This document shows positions 37,734-53,036 of a stretch of 64,000 nucleotides of DNA, piece by piece (position 1 is the first letter of the stretch; every line of letters starts with the position of its first letter). The stretch is from Vermamoeba vermiformis (Eukaryota): assembly GCA_045837725.1 (NCBI GenBank), contig JBEWZL010000184.1, positions 1 to 64,000 of the forward strand, given 5' to 3'. The translations under genes were made by a program, and so were the position numbers. The notes beneath the pieces are model-generated. The model ran no database searches and was not told the origin of the DNA. It saw nothing but the letters and a program-made list of their open reading frames with translations.

Positions 37734-39033
37734 ATGTGGCGAACACTTTCGCGAGTGACGCGATTAGTCGCAAAGCCCGTGCGCGTCACTAATGTAAATA
37801 TATTCCATAAACACGTGAATAAGCGCAAACAATATTCGAATGCATCAAAAGGACTCGTAGAAAAAAATGAACTCGATAAATTGCTCAATGACGAAATAGA
37901 GCGACTGAAGAAAAATAAAAAATTATTGCCCGAAGAAGATGTAGTGCCTGCTGAATATAAATCTATATTAAAAGGTAATTTATTTAATTTTGACAATTTT
38001 TGGGACGATCTAGATCCAGCAAATAGAATGTAATGCGTTTAAGCACTTGCCAATGCCATATAATTACTCACAATATTGATTTATATAGAACTTGATATCG
38101 AATATGAACGAACACTCGAAGATTGTCGCGAAGCAGTGCGCGATCCAGAGTTCCAAGAGTATTGGGCGCTGTTAACTTCGAGAATACGTCAAGCTGAAAT
38201 AGCGTAAGTACATATATCATATTTAAATATATAAGAATGAATACGTCGTCAAAATTCCTTGCTTTTAATGGAGATCCAGTTCCGCTAACTTTACACGACG
38301 AGATCTGACTTGAATTATTTGCAGATGGTGTAAAGACTCTGCCCCTATCACCAAACAGAGCCAAGAAGCGTTTGACGCGCATATAGAAGACATTATTCAG
38401 ACTACAGACGAAGAGTTCTTTTCCAAGATGAAAGAGCGACGGATGAAAGAAAAAGAACAAGGAGTTAAAGCCCCTGAACCTTCTAATATCACTGACGAAA
38501 ATGCTGATGAGCTTATACGGCAATACCTCGGTCTAGGAATCGATCTCAGCCCGGATGCGCTCAAGGATTTGGATTCGCTGAAATTGCTGAAAGACATGCC
38601 GGACATGGAGATCAATAAGATGTTAGAGCAAGGTGCCACCGAAGCTAAGAGTACTGATAGCGCAACAAATAAGAGCCACCAAGAAGCACTAAGCAGTTCT
38701 GCATCCAAGTCAGTTGCTGAAGCAAATCCGAACTTGCCAACGACCGATGTGAACAAAGACGATAAGCTATACACTGAATATGAGCGCTTAATTATGTACA
38801 GCAATCGAGACATTGACGATCAATCGCGTGAGGCTGCTGCAGATCGGATTCTCGGACACATCAAGATGCGCGACCGCGAGAAGGTTTTGAAGGAGCGACG
38901 CGAAAAAGCAGCTAAAGAAGATGAACAGCTAATGAAGGATATTAAAGAAATGATGGACAGAAGACCAGGTTCAAATTATCCAGATTCGCTGTTTGACTTG
39001 CCTGATCAGTTCGGCCACATGAAGAAAAAATAA
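37734..39033 (+). CDS. Hypothetical protein, probably mitochondrial, acidic/coiled-coil (multi-exon)
   Basis: Presequence MWRTLSRVTRLVAKPVR and an open 201-aa last exon. No recognisable domain. Confidence 0.55.
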
Positions 39034-39104
39034 AACTAAGCCGTTGTAAATATGACATTAGCTTACTTTAACACAATAATTTACTAAACAGATTAAATTA
39101 CATA

Positions 39105-39644
39105 TTACCGGTTGTAATTGAAATCCGGATGGTTCTCAGCCATCCTGAGTCATATAAGCAGCAACTTCTTCGTAGTTAATATAGCCATCACCGTCAAAAT
39201 CAACTTCTGAGACAAATTCTTCGGCCTAGAGTGATATTAGTACGCGAATAATAAGTCAACTAAAAGATTTTCTAAATATTAAAAAATTGAAAACAAAATC
39301 AAGGATATTCCAATAGAGATCGTAGTATTAAGATAATATACCTCTTGTGCGCTGAATTTTGAGCCCTTAGTCATCAAAATAACGCGAAGGTCCTCACAGC
39401 TAATGAGTCCATCTCGATCGTTATCAAAATTGAAAAAAGCTTCCTGTTCGCAAAATAATTCCACATTAATATTTCATTGTCACCAGTAACATTATTGCAC
39501 GTACTCGAAGAGCGTTGACCTCGTTTTGCTTCTGTTTAATAAAAAAGAAATTACGTTAAGGAAATCCTGCATAAAAAATCTGCAATAGTTGTCTATTAAA
39601 TCGAGATGTTGGCATTATATTAGTAATATTAAGGATACGGCCAT
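39105..39644 (-). CDS. Small calmodulin-like protein (two EF-hands)
   Basis: EAFFNFDNDRDGLISCEDLR and EVDFDGDGYINYEE. The first intron has U12-type signals. Confidence 0.8.
39532..39638 (-). other. Probable U12-type (minor spliceosome) GT-AG intron
   Basis: 5' splice site GTATCCTT directly after ATG GCC. Branch-site match TTTCCTTAAC (39564-39555), followed by 23 nt to the AG end. Confidence 0.6.
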
Positions 39645-39833
39645 GGTGTTTCGATCAAATAAAATACAAAATTGAATTAAAAAACGGTTTCCGAAGATTT
39701 TTTGTGTCAAACTCGGTCAAAATTTCTTAGCCCCGGCTGATAGAGCTCTTTTTACGTTATTGACCTTGTTGTCTTACACATAGCACCTAATGCGCGCATT
39801 GGCACTCTATTTGCCTTGTTAGAAGATGAGGAA

Positions 39834-41906
39834 ATGGAAGTAACGAGTTCCGAGCTACATCCGAATTCAAAGGTACACGTTCAGCACAAAAACTATGCCC
39901 ATAATCACTACATAATTATGCGCTATATTTAATGCTATTTTCAAGCATACAGCTTATCAACATTAGTAGATCTAACTTTTATTTATTTTTTTATGCTCAG
40001 CTCGGGCCAGTTGAATATATTTTGTATGAGACACGATGCACAACAAATGGAACGGCAATATATGATGCCATTTCAGCTGAGGATTACGAGCGGATTTATC
40101 CAGTGCTGATGTGTTGCTCGTTTCCAATGTGCACGTTTGAGAACTTCCATCAAGGTAATAAAGCAATGAATAGCTTACCTTCGCGTAATATCATTAATAA
40201 GCAAACAGGATTGTTTACCGTTGAAGACCAGATCGCGTATGCAGCCGAAGGAGAGTTATCATGCTTACGTAGCAAAATTAGATCGATCACGAATAATCGT
40301 ATCAATCTATTGCCAATACCTAGAAGTCTGTATGAGCTGTTTTATCTGAAGTAAGGATGATCGACAAATTAATTAGATCTAGTCACTTAACGCGAATGCT
40401 CATCATACTCCAGGCAATATTTATATGCACGCGTCGAGACAGACTTTGGCACCGAGAGTGTGGATGAGTATTTCAATCAGCAGAAGAACATGCTTCTCAT
40501 CAGACCGTTCTTTTTTGATCACAATTCCAAGTTGACACGTGTAAGTCACTTCATTTTACAGCCCGTCTAATGCACAAGGCTAACATTCAATATTTGAAGA
40601 TTATTTTGGACGAGTTCTGTGCCCAGGCGCGCACATTTGTACTTGAAGATCCTCATTTGTGTCTGCTGCACTACGAGCTCAACACACGACTCGTCGAGTA
40701 TTTCAACATGCACGTCAAAGCAACGGACTGGTCCTCCATTACATTCACCGACCTAGAGCTAGTTATTAATGCCCTGTGTGACGAGTGTGAAGCACTTCAG
40801 AAGGGCAATGACTCTGACATTGCACGAGAGTTTGGCACGTGGCCTTTGACGAGTCCAGCGTTAGGTGCTAGAATGGAACAACTGTACGCGTAAGTAATGA
40901 CAGCTAGATGTGCATTACGCATGCTAATTAATATCGGTAGTCATCTTAGTGACGTTGAATTTGACCAAAAAGAGGATGAGCTCGAAGCCGTGTTTCTGAA
41001 CGAGCTTGAAGTGGACCTCAAACAAGTTAAGAAAGTTATTAAGACAATGCTCAACGACACGATCTATCGTACTGAGGAGTTGATAGTCTTGCTCGAGCGC
41101 ATCAACAACAAAGTTAGCGAGAGCGAGTTGTATGGTCTGCTCTACAACCAATTCTGCGCTGAGCTGTCTAGTTTTGATCTCGAGGCACTGGATAGCAAGG
41201 TACTTAGTTTAATAACACGTATTGATAAGTCTAACCAGCTTCACCAGACCTTGAACAAGATGCTCAACACGATTAACTTCGTTGATAAAGTGGACACGTG
41301 CGTGGATCGATTTCGCAAGCGAGGTTATATTAATAGAGAGCTCATCAAGCGCTGCATTCAGCTGGAAATGGAGCCGCAGCAAGAAGACACATGCTTTTTG
41401 TATCGTGCTACCAATAGTATCCATGACGAAGGCAATACTATTCTGAAAAGTAAGTTCATATTAGCGATACTAATCAATTGCGTAAACTCATGATTAATCG
41501 TGTTGTAGACGATTCAGTGCCGCATTCTTTGTCATTTGGGCCTAGTCTCTTTGCTGGCGCTATGCACGACAAGACGGCAACGGTCTACAATTACTTGATT
41601 CAAGGGAAGTACGCGCAAGGATACTTGATCAAGTTGCCTAAAAAAGAGTTCTTTGGTGGGCTTGGCTCTTCATTGTTCTTCGTGCCACCATTACCCGCAA
41701 TCGTTCAGTTGGCGAGCATTGGCGAGCTATTCCACCCTCGCTCTAAAGTATTCATCGAGGAGGCGCAGATGCAGTCGCGAGAACACTTTGTCTCTGGCAT
41801 TCTCAACTGCTCTTATGCTCGAATCCCTACATTCTTAACAACGTCTAACGAGTCCACGAGCCGGCTTAAAGAGGTAATACAAGCTAACCGGGTAATTATT
41901 AAATAA
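39834..41906 (+). CDS. Hypothetical protein with possible ADP-ribosyltransferase-like C-terminal domain (multi-exon)
   Basis: Chain of open exons. C-terminal FLYRA...HSLSFGPSLFAG...GYLIKL...LFFVPP...GELFHPRSKV. Confidence 0.55.
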
Positions 41907-42157
41907 CCTTCAAATAAAAAAATATAACCTTATGCTATTTGAGCGTAACAAACCTTCTTAAATCCAAAATATGCTCATTATGGCCTATTAAATCTTACAG
42001 ATATGTTTGGATCGTACATCTGCGAATCTGGGATAACTTTTCTTTTGCCCGCCAAAACCTGGTTTTGTGCGCTTTTTTTGGCTTTAAATAATTTTTTCGG
42101 CATCTTCATTTCTATATTCGATTCGTCATAGAGCACAACACCTTAACCTCGTCAAAT

Positions 42158-42587
42158 ATGTCTCAAGAAGCCGTCGCCTTCGAAGTTGATATCAAGGAGA
42201 GCACTCCTCGCAAGAAGAAGCCGACCATCCAGTCCCGTTTGGAGAGCTCTCCTCGTCCTGCTTCGACGCCTGAGAAGTTCATACAACGACAACAAGAGGC
42301 CCAAGAGCGCAGATTGGTAAGTTATTCGGCAAGCAGCGTTAATTCGGGCGAGGTACTTTAACCTCCATCCGCCGAGATAATGTACTTCAAAGTCTAAATC
42401 GATTGTTATATGATAAGATAGACTAGATATAAGTAGTAAATATTCTAACGAATTATTTTAGAGCTTGGAGAAGCAGATCAAGCAAAAGGCGCAAGCTGAG
42501 GTTGAGAAGGCCAAGCGCGTCGCCGAGACTGTCAAGACCACTCGCAAGGAGGGCGACAAGGAGAACGTTGCTGCTGATGCTAACTGA
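42158..42587 (+). CDS. Small stathmin-like coiled-coil protein (2 exons)
   Basis: VAFEVDI...SP/TP sites...PEKFIQRQQEAQERRL|SLEKQIKQKAQAEVEKAKRV. Confidence 0.6.
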
Positions 42588-42891
42588 GTGCGGTTCAAGT
42601 AAGCGAATCCGTTCACTGAATCCATTAGGATCGACGAAGAGGTTGTACATAAGATTAGCTGTCTCGAGCCGAATACGTTCAAGATTGCTTAATAAAATTG
42701 CCTCTTGTATATGAGATCCTCTAGATAGATATCTCGTCGTTGCGATCCGCTTTGAAATTTCCTAGCTCAACCAAAAATCGCAAAAAACAAACTGATCTTT
42801 TTTAAACACTCTTTTGTTGTAACACCACAAGCAAAATAGTTTGCTTGATTGTTTAATATTGTAGTATATATCCTATATTGATTAAAAGACG

Positions 42892-44975
42892 ATGACAGAT
42901 TCAGCATCGGTTCTTAAAGAACTGAGAAAACTTCCCGAGAATAAAGTGTGCATGGATTGCACTGACAAGGTAATGGTCATAATATTAGTATAGGGGATGA
43001 CTAAATACTAATATCACGCGACTTTTCTTTCAGATGCCGTCGTTCGTTTGTCTTGAACTCGGAACTTTTGTTTGCGCAAGCTGCGCAGGCATTCAGTACG
43101 TATTAATTAAAGCCTAATTTACTTATTAGAGAATTATTACTAATTTTCCAAATAATATTTGGTCAGGCTGTTTTTCTAATTTTCGATTTTAATATTAATT
43201 TTACAGCCGAGAATTGGGACACCATATTAAATCTGTGACTTTGTCAATATTCACTCCTGAGGAAGTCGAGTTGGTTTCAGCAGGTGGCAATCAGGTAATT
43301 TCATCAAGAATTTACAAAATTCAAGATCCATTTAAAAAATTAAAATTCGTTCGCAGAGCTCAACACTACTGCGTATGAACACACGGCATCATTTAACGGC
43401 CGTTCAATTTTTTTCGTAATTTTTAAGGAAAATTAACTTGCGATCTATGTGGATTTTCTGTGTCAACAGCAGTACACTGATATCATTATAAACTAGAATG
43501 CAAAGAAAATTTGGCTCGGTAAATGGACTCCCTCCGTATTCCCGCAGCCAGGTCCCACAGACAAAGCCAATATCCGCGAGTTTATCAAGTTAAAGTACAT
43601 TGACAAGTTGTGGTACGCCATGCCGAGCAGCCCTCTTGCTGCACCTGAGAGCAAACCTGCTACAGTTAATACCGAGATCAGTCAAGCTGCTTCGGCCAAC
43701 ACTACGTCGTTGGCTGTGGACCCCGTAGAACAATACAAGTCCCCTTTTGAGACACCGAAAGTTAACCCTGTTGAAAGCTCAGTGAGCTGGCGAGCCAATT
43801 TTGATCAATTTGACGCAGCTGTGAACAAATTGAACAAGAGTTTGGATATTTTAGAAATTCAAGAACAGAGTGCCAAGACACCGAACAAGCCAGCTGAAAA
43901 TCAGTATCAACACCAGAGCGGAGATTTAATTACATTTGATCTCTTGACTGGTGCAGTGCCGCCACCCAAGCCACAAGAACAACCGCAGCAAACACAGTAC
44001 ATTGTGCGCGAGAGCTCACCGCCGAAGTTGAACCAAAGCCAAGGTGACTCAAATCAAGTTCAGTCCCCGCAAACATCGCAATATGTCGTTAAAGAACAAC
44101 CACCTCAATACATCCAACAGCCTCAATCACCGCAACCTTCACCGTCAAATCAACGTGTCGCGAGCCCGCCTTCGCCGTCAACAACTTACCAACAGATGAC
44201 GCATCAATCACCGCCAATGATGCACGGTGCTCCCATGCCACAAATGGTCTCAAATTATCCTTATGGCACGCAGTTCATGGGTCCTCAGATGGTACCGCCA
44301 ATGATGCCACCAATGGGAGCGATGCCCATGCCTGTCTATCTCAATCAATATGGTCAACCAATGCCCATGCCTCCAATGGGTAGTCCGCAGCCTATGATGA
44401 TGCCAATGCCTATTGGCGCCAATGGCATGCCGATGCCCATGGGTCCTAATGGCGTGCCTATCGTCGTTGCTCCAGGCAATCCTAAAGCTACCCAAGGCGG
44501 AATGCCTCAACCAATCATTGTGAACCAATACGGACAGCCAGTGACACTTCCACCTGGCGTGCAACCGATCCCGATTATGTTGCCGCCCGGTGCTCAACCT
44601 CCTGGCTCGTGGCTGAGCAGACCTAACCTCCCCGCACACCAAGCCAAGCCTAACACGAGTGCTCAATCCACTCAGCACTTGTCAGACTATGAACTCGCGA
44701 AGAAGTTGCAAGAAGAAGAGAACAGACAGGCTAACAGCGGTGCGAGCAACAACAAGAAGCCTGTCGTGTCACAGCCCTCAAAGCCTGCATTCAAACCAAT
44801 GAGTGACGAGGAGTACGCACGTCGATTGCAAGAGGAAGAGAACAGCAAGGGCGGAGGTGGCAATAGTGGCTACAAGACCACACCTAATGTCATGAACCCT
44901 GGTCGCGGTGCTTACTTCAAGAGCGACGAGGAACTGGCTAGACAATTGGCTCAAGAAGAGGAAGAAGACGATTAA
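42892..44975 (+). CDS. ArfGAP (AGFG-like) with Pro/Met/Gln-rich region and three UIM-like motifs (multi-exon)
   Basis: LRKLPENKVCMDC...GTFVCASCAGIHRELGH.IKSV...GGN..AKKIW...IREFIKLKYIDKLW. UIM-like SDYELAKKLQEEE, SDEEYARRLQEEE and SDEELARQLAQEE. Confidence 0.88.
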
Positions 44976-45152
44976 TCCGTTCTATCTTGTTGAAGATCTA
45001 TTCGACTGAATTGTACATATAGTTTGCGTGAATAATAAATCTTTGTTAATAGGAGGTGTTTTAGTCTTGTTTTTCTGCGGCAATTCGCAACACACAACAA
45101 ATCCATCCAATGATTCAGGTTTCGAACTATATAGATATATTTAGCTAAGCAA

Positions 45153-46758
45153 ATGTCTAGAACGGTCCAATTAACTTCTGACCAAGTCGTCAAATTGCTG
45201 CAAGCAAGGTAAAGTTATTTTAAAGGAGTGTTTCAGTTAGACAAATTTCTAAAATACAGATAATATCTAGCATCGTATAATGGCATATGATACTATTATT
45301 GTTTGATAGTAATTATTTTATTCAAAATTCAGGCTTCCAAATTTCCGAACGTTGGAGTTATTTCAACCGATCCCAAAGCCAGGAAGAGTAAGCGCAGTTA
45401 TAAATCAGCATTGCCAAAATTAATATGGGGTTTGATTAGGTTAATACTGTTTACAAAGTTGATACACTCAACGAAGACAGATCTCCATCGAGTTACATTT
45501 TAAAAATTACCAATCCCACTTGGTGCACGAGAAAAACACGCAACGAAGCTAGAACCTTAATGGAGTTGGCCAATAAGACAAAATTGCCTGTATCAAAGGT
45601 AGCTGGATTTAAATACACCCGTGCCAGATCTAATTACAACATTAAGGTCGTGTGCTATGAAGCAGACCGCGCTCATTCAGAAATCGATCAGGAATTTATA
45701 TTAATGGAGTACTTGGAGGTGTGTTGATAAGCAAGTGATATTTATTGCCGTATCTTACTTTTACTAGGGCGTGTCGCTAGGTGAAGTGTGGAGCACCGTG
45801 ACCGAAGAGAATCAGTTTTCAATCCTGTCTGAAATAGCTGAGATAATTAAGACCTTTAGAACGCTAGAATTTGATGCCATTGGCAACTTTACAGATGATT
45901 CGTAAGTGCTGTAAACGCTCGTGTCAAAAAATGTCAAAAGGTAATTTATCTTTTATAGTGACCCGTGGAAGGTCGGTAATATCGTAGCGCTTGAATGGCG
46001 AAGTGATGAAGAAATAAAGCGAGGTGAACCTGTCAAAATGATCGGTAATCGAATTCTTTAGAAGAATACATATTCTAATAGTTCTAATATAACTACCCTT
46101 AGGTCCCCTCGCCTCGTTCAAGGACTACATTTTAAACTATCTATTGCCGCACTTTGATATGATCGAGCGAAGAAACGACCCACGTGTCATTCCTTATTTA
46201 GCACCCTCGCGTCAGTTCTGCGACAAAGTCATCATGAAGAGCGGTGTGACGACCTCGCAGCGAGAGAGATTTGTGTTCACGCACGGTGACTTGAACGAAG
46301 GCAATATTATTGTCACAAAGAACAGCGCTGGTAGCTACACGATCACAGGGCTGTTGGACTTTGAATGGGCAATGAGCGCGCCTGAAGAGATCGAGTTTCA
46401 CAGAGGATTTCGCTGGATTAAACAAGCTGACCCAGTGCTAAGAGAGGTCTATTGGCGGAGATTATGGTCGGAACTGGAAGCACGTGGTGGTAAGTGTCAA
46501 AGAATACGAAAAGATTTTTGTGAGCGATATTCATACTAACGTGCATTCTATCTGCCTGCAGTGCACAAATCTCCATGCTATGAAGAGCGCGAGGACATAT
46601 GTTCTTTTGAGAGGATGATATCGCACCTCGAAAGCTACTGCGATTACTTTCCGGATCTGGCCGAGCGTGAAGCCTTCCTCGTGTCAAAACTGCACCAATT
46701 ACACGAACTTCTAGAAAAGTTTCAATGCACAAAGAATACAACGTTGACCAATGTTTGA
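45153..46758 (+). CDS. Aminoglycoside phosphotransferase (APH)/choline kinase-like protein (multi-exon)
   Basis: TPVPDL...FILMEYLEGVSL, FVFTHGDLNEGNIIV and ITGLLDFEWA. Confidence 0.8.
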
Positions 46759-46844
46759 CCAAGAATATGTCACGTGCTGTGATTTCAAGTATTTATTTAA
46801 GAATTGACAGTTGTTCTTACAAACCAATTCTTGCTACCACAATC

Positions 46845-49767
46845 ATGGCAGAGCCTACAGGAACTAATACGGCTCCTACCGCAGAGTCTGGTGCGGCACC
46901 TGAAACAGTTCCCCAAGTCGCAACAGATCCCGTGCCCGATCCAGCTCCCAGCAACCCTACAACAGTAGTCGTGCCTAATCCACCTTCAGAAGAAGCACCA
47001 AACGTTGTGCCCAATCCAGCCCCCGGCAATACTACACCAGCTGTCGTGCCCAATCCACCCAATGTTGCGCCTAATCCAGCCCCGAGCAATCCAGCTCCCA
47101 GCAATGCGCCAAATCCGATTCCAGGCAATCCTATCCCAGTCGTAGTACCCAACAACAATGCGCCCGGTCCAATCCCCAATAATCCCGCGCCTAATACCGT
47201 GCCCGATCCTGAAGAAGATGACGGATTTGATCCCTCCCAAGTAATATTGAAGCCACCGGTTATGTCACCAAACTAACGTAATCGTCATATTTCAGGTCTA
47301 CATATCTCAAGCGAGAAAAGCAACACGGGAAACTAAAAAAGACGTGCACGAGTGTGCTGCGATCCTCGCCAACTACGCTGCAGACACCAAAGAGTTGCGG
47401 TACTTGATTGAAGATTGTCTGTCGTACATCTTCAAGGAGTTTGAGAAGCAAAGTGAGCGCATTAAACTTCGAATGTTTGACGTATGTAAATAAGAGGATA
47501 AAGCTGTAGCTAACCTTATTCAGAAATTTGTCAGTGGCTCGCTGAAAGGCGACAAACCCGATGTAGGCAAGAAGAAAAAACAACTATTGGAGTCGATTCT
47601 TGCGCTCGAGAAGTGGAAAAGAGAAGAATTTGAAGTCGATTTGAACCTGTTTCATCAACACGTGCAAGTTGACCCGGAGGCACAACAAACAGTAGTTGAT
47701 AACGTCAATCTCAAGAGAAGCTTGGACGACTTCCTAGTCAAGCTTCGTCAAGTCAACAGATACATCGTTGATATTGTTCAGTACCAGAGCCCGCAACAAA
47801 TGACAACTACGATGAGTTCTGGTGCTTTGTTGCAGGATTACGAAGACAATGACAGATTGATCGTAAAAATGATTGAAATGAATCAAAAGGAGAAGTTCAC
47901 GATCGTCATCATTGGCTTGGAAAAGGCGTAAGATTTTTCACTCAAATATTGATGCCTTAACACGCGACTCATGCTTGCGATCAGTGGCAAAAGTACTTTT
48001 GTCAATGTATTGCTCGGAGCTGATGGGGAAATAGTTCCGACCAATGAGAAGCGATGCACACAAGTGCTCACCATCATCATGCGCTCATCAAAGCCCGGCA
48101 CCTCTGCCACAGTCGAGTTCTATTCTCGTGAACAATACGAAGCCAACATCGCCCAAAGGAGCCCTGATAGCGTGTCCGAGGCCGAGATCAGAGCCGAATG
48201 TGACAAATATATTGGCTCACCTCCCTGTGCCGTTAATGCTGGTAACGAGTTTGCTGCTGAGGTCCGTAAATTCATTGCCGACGAGAGATTGATGGTACGT
48301 ACAACAGTTAGCAAGTGCTTGTAGCAGTGATTAACTTGTGCCTAGTACGTCGTGAAAAAAGTCACCATTTACACCGACAAGATTGAGGCGTCAGTGCCTT
48401 TCGAGATCATTGACGCACCGGGCATTGACAGTCCACTCAGTGAACACAAGAAGGCTGTCAGTGAGGCCATAGCCAAGTCCGATGCATTTGTCTTGCTCAT
48501 GTCTGGTCAACGTCCAAGTCTCACCGAGCCTCAGGTCAACATTCTCAAGTCAATCTTGAGTCAACACTATGACGCAATGAGCAATGCATTTGCAGGCATC
48601 ACGTGGCTCGACACCATGCACACTGTCGAGGTCTACAACAGTCACTTGGAGAAGTGCAAACAAGAACTTCTTCGCTTCAACTTCCCTCCGCAGAACATTT
48701 ACCCGATCTGCTCCAAGCTCAAGCTGTTGAAAAAGACTAACCCGAAGTCCGATGAGCTAGCTCAAATGACCCACAAAGCAAAGCTCTTCCCTGACCTGGC
48801 CAAGGGCTATGACAGTAAGTGCCCGTACTCGACGGGTCATGTAAAAAAGTAACACTAGAACTAACATAGATTGACAGGCCTAGAAAAGGAGTTCAAACAT
48901 GTTGTCAAAAATGAACTGCCGTTGAAGAGATTGAACCAAGCAATGGAATTCGCGCAGAAAAAACTGTTTGCAAACGTGTCTTCTGCCATTCAACTCGGTC
49001 GTCAATTTATTCCCGAGCACATTAACGAAGTCACCAAGCTAAATGACGAGGTCAACAGCATCAACGCCGAGCAATGGGGAGTTATTTTTGCGACAAAAAG
49101 GTGGGCTCCGACTATCGAAAGAGCACTGCGCTGGAAGAAAGAGACGTTAATTATGCACCAACACAAGCTGTTGAAAGACCTCAAACTGATGTTCAAAGTT
49201 CACTTTGATGACGCAATGAAGCAGAGCAATGTCCTCGAGAGCGTGATGCATCTCAGTGCGCTCATGTTAGGCAGTTCAGACACCGCGCACGGCCTCGTAC
49301 TCGATCATCACCACGTGGAGGGACAACAGCGCGCACGATTGGTTGAAAAATTCATTGACGTGGTGCAAGTCGTGTCTGCTCACCTCGCACGCGATATTTA
49401 CAACAAGTACATCCAAGAGTTTGTCAACTTGCTGACGTCCATATGTCCCGAGGAGCCAGACATCTTTCAGACCACTCGCAGATTGGAGCACTGTCAGCTC
49501 GAGATCTGGGCTCTGCTCAAGCGCGTGGCAGTGCCGCTCATTCACGCAACTGTCCGCTGGCCGCACGACCACAGTACTCCTCGCAAGACAGCTGCGCAAG
49601 AACTTGCACGCGTGGTCCCGTGGGTGGCTTTGCAACTGTGCAGCAAGCCAAACGACACTCCACAGTTAACTAGTCTCGTTGCGAATGCGCTGGGCTTTGA
49701 TTCTACCGGGGGCGTCAATTCATTGACGGTGTCGCTGATGGCAGACTTATTCCCAGGCGGTGTTTAG
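46845..49767 (+). CDS. Dynamin-like (Dynamin_N, bacterial-dynamin-type) GTPase with Pro/Asn-rich N-terminus (multi-exon)
   Basis: G1 IIGLEKA|GKSTFVN, G2 RCT, G3 IIDAPGIDSP, G4-like ITWLD, and a helical C-terminus. Confidence 0.8.
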
Positions 49768-49994
49768 ACACTTCTTTTGTAACTGCATGTTAAATGATGG
49801 CCTTACATCCACAAATTTCTTCTTGTACAATTAACTTAACTTCTGACCGAGTCGTCACAAGGAAGTACTAAAAAAGAGCTTTGGTTCACACCAAGTGCAT
49901 AAATAAAATTCGATTAGTTTAACAGTTCAAAGCCAATATGACATGCATAGATTATAAAGAGCTACTTGCAACATAATGAACAGAATAGCTTAGT

Positions 49995-50611
49995 GGGTGT
50001 CAAGGAGACGCTCCTATTAGAATAAGAAAACATTGCCTGTCGATGATTGGCGTATTTCAAAAGAATAGAAAAAGATTTTGGAGTCACTTGATGGACTCAT
50101 GTTAGGCAGCTTGATCGGTGCACGTGGCTTGGTTCTGGATCATCACATGGTGGAAGAGGAGCAACGCACGCGATTGGTCGACAAGTTCATCGGAATTGTG
50201 CGCACTGTGTCTGGATATCTCGCCTGTGACATTTACACCAAGTACATCCAAGAGTTTGTCAACATTTTGGCTTCCATTTGCACTGAGGAGTCAGACATCT
50301 TCCAGACCAGCAAGAAAGTGGAGCACTGTCAGCTCGAGATCTGGGCTCTGCTCAAGCGTGTGGCAGTGCCGCTCATTCACGCAACTGTCCGCTGGCCGCA
50401 CGACCTTGTCACTCCACGCAATGCCGCCGCTCATGAGCTTGCGCGTGTTGTCCCTTGGGTCGCGATGCAAATCTGTGGCCAGAAGAACTCGACACCTGAA
50501 CTCGCTAAGCTAGTTGGAACTGCTCTTGGTTTTGTGTCGAATGCGAACACAGGCGCTGTTACTGTGCCTACCGAAATTGTGAAGCTCATGGGCACACTGT
50601 TTCCCAAATAA
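49995..50611 (+). pseudogene. Tandem partial duplicate of the dynamin-like C-terminal region
   Basis: Shares the HCQLEIWALLKRVAVPLIHATVRWPHD block with ~49489-49569. The upstream part is degraded (KETLLLE* versus KETLIMHQ) and there is no GTPase domain. Confidence 0.65.
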
Positions 50612-50634
50612 CGCTATTCAGTAAACTTTGCTAT

Positions 50635-52823
<2,189 letters not shown>

Positions 52824-53036
52824 CTACGAATCAAACATGGCATGTTGGTATCGTTTTAAGTAGATACAACTGTCCCAGGGTCCCCCTTAGGTGAGCCTAT
52901 TGAGCGTAATTTAGAGGCCACCCAACGGTATGCGTTAAGACAATAACAATCCCAAAAATCTTATGCTATTTGACAAAAGTTTGACCGCCCGAACAAAAAC
53001 GCTCAGTTTTGTTTTTTCTTGTTTGCCGCACGAAAC

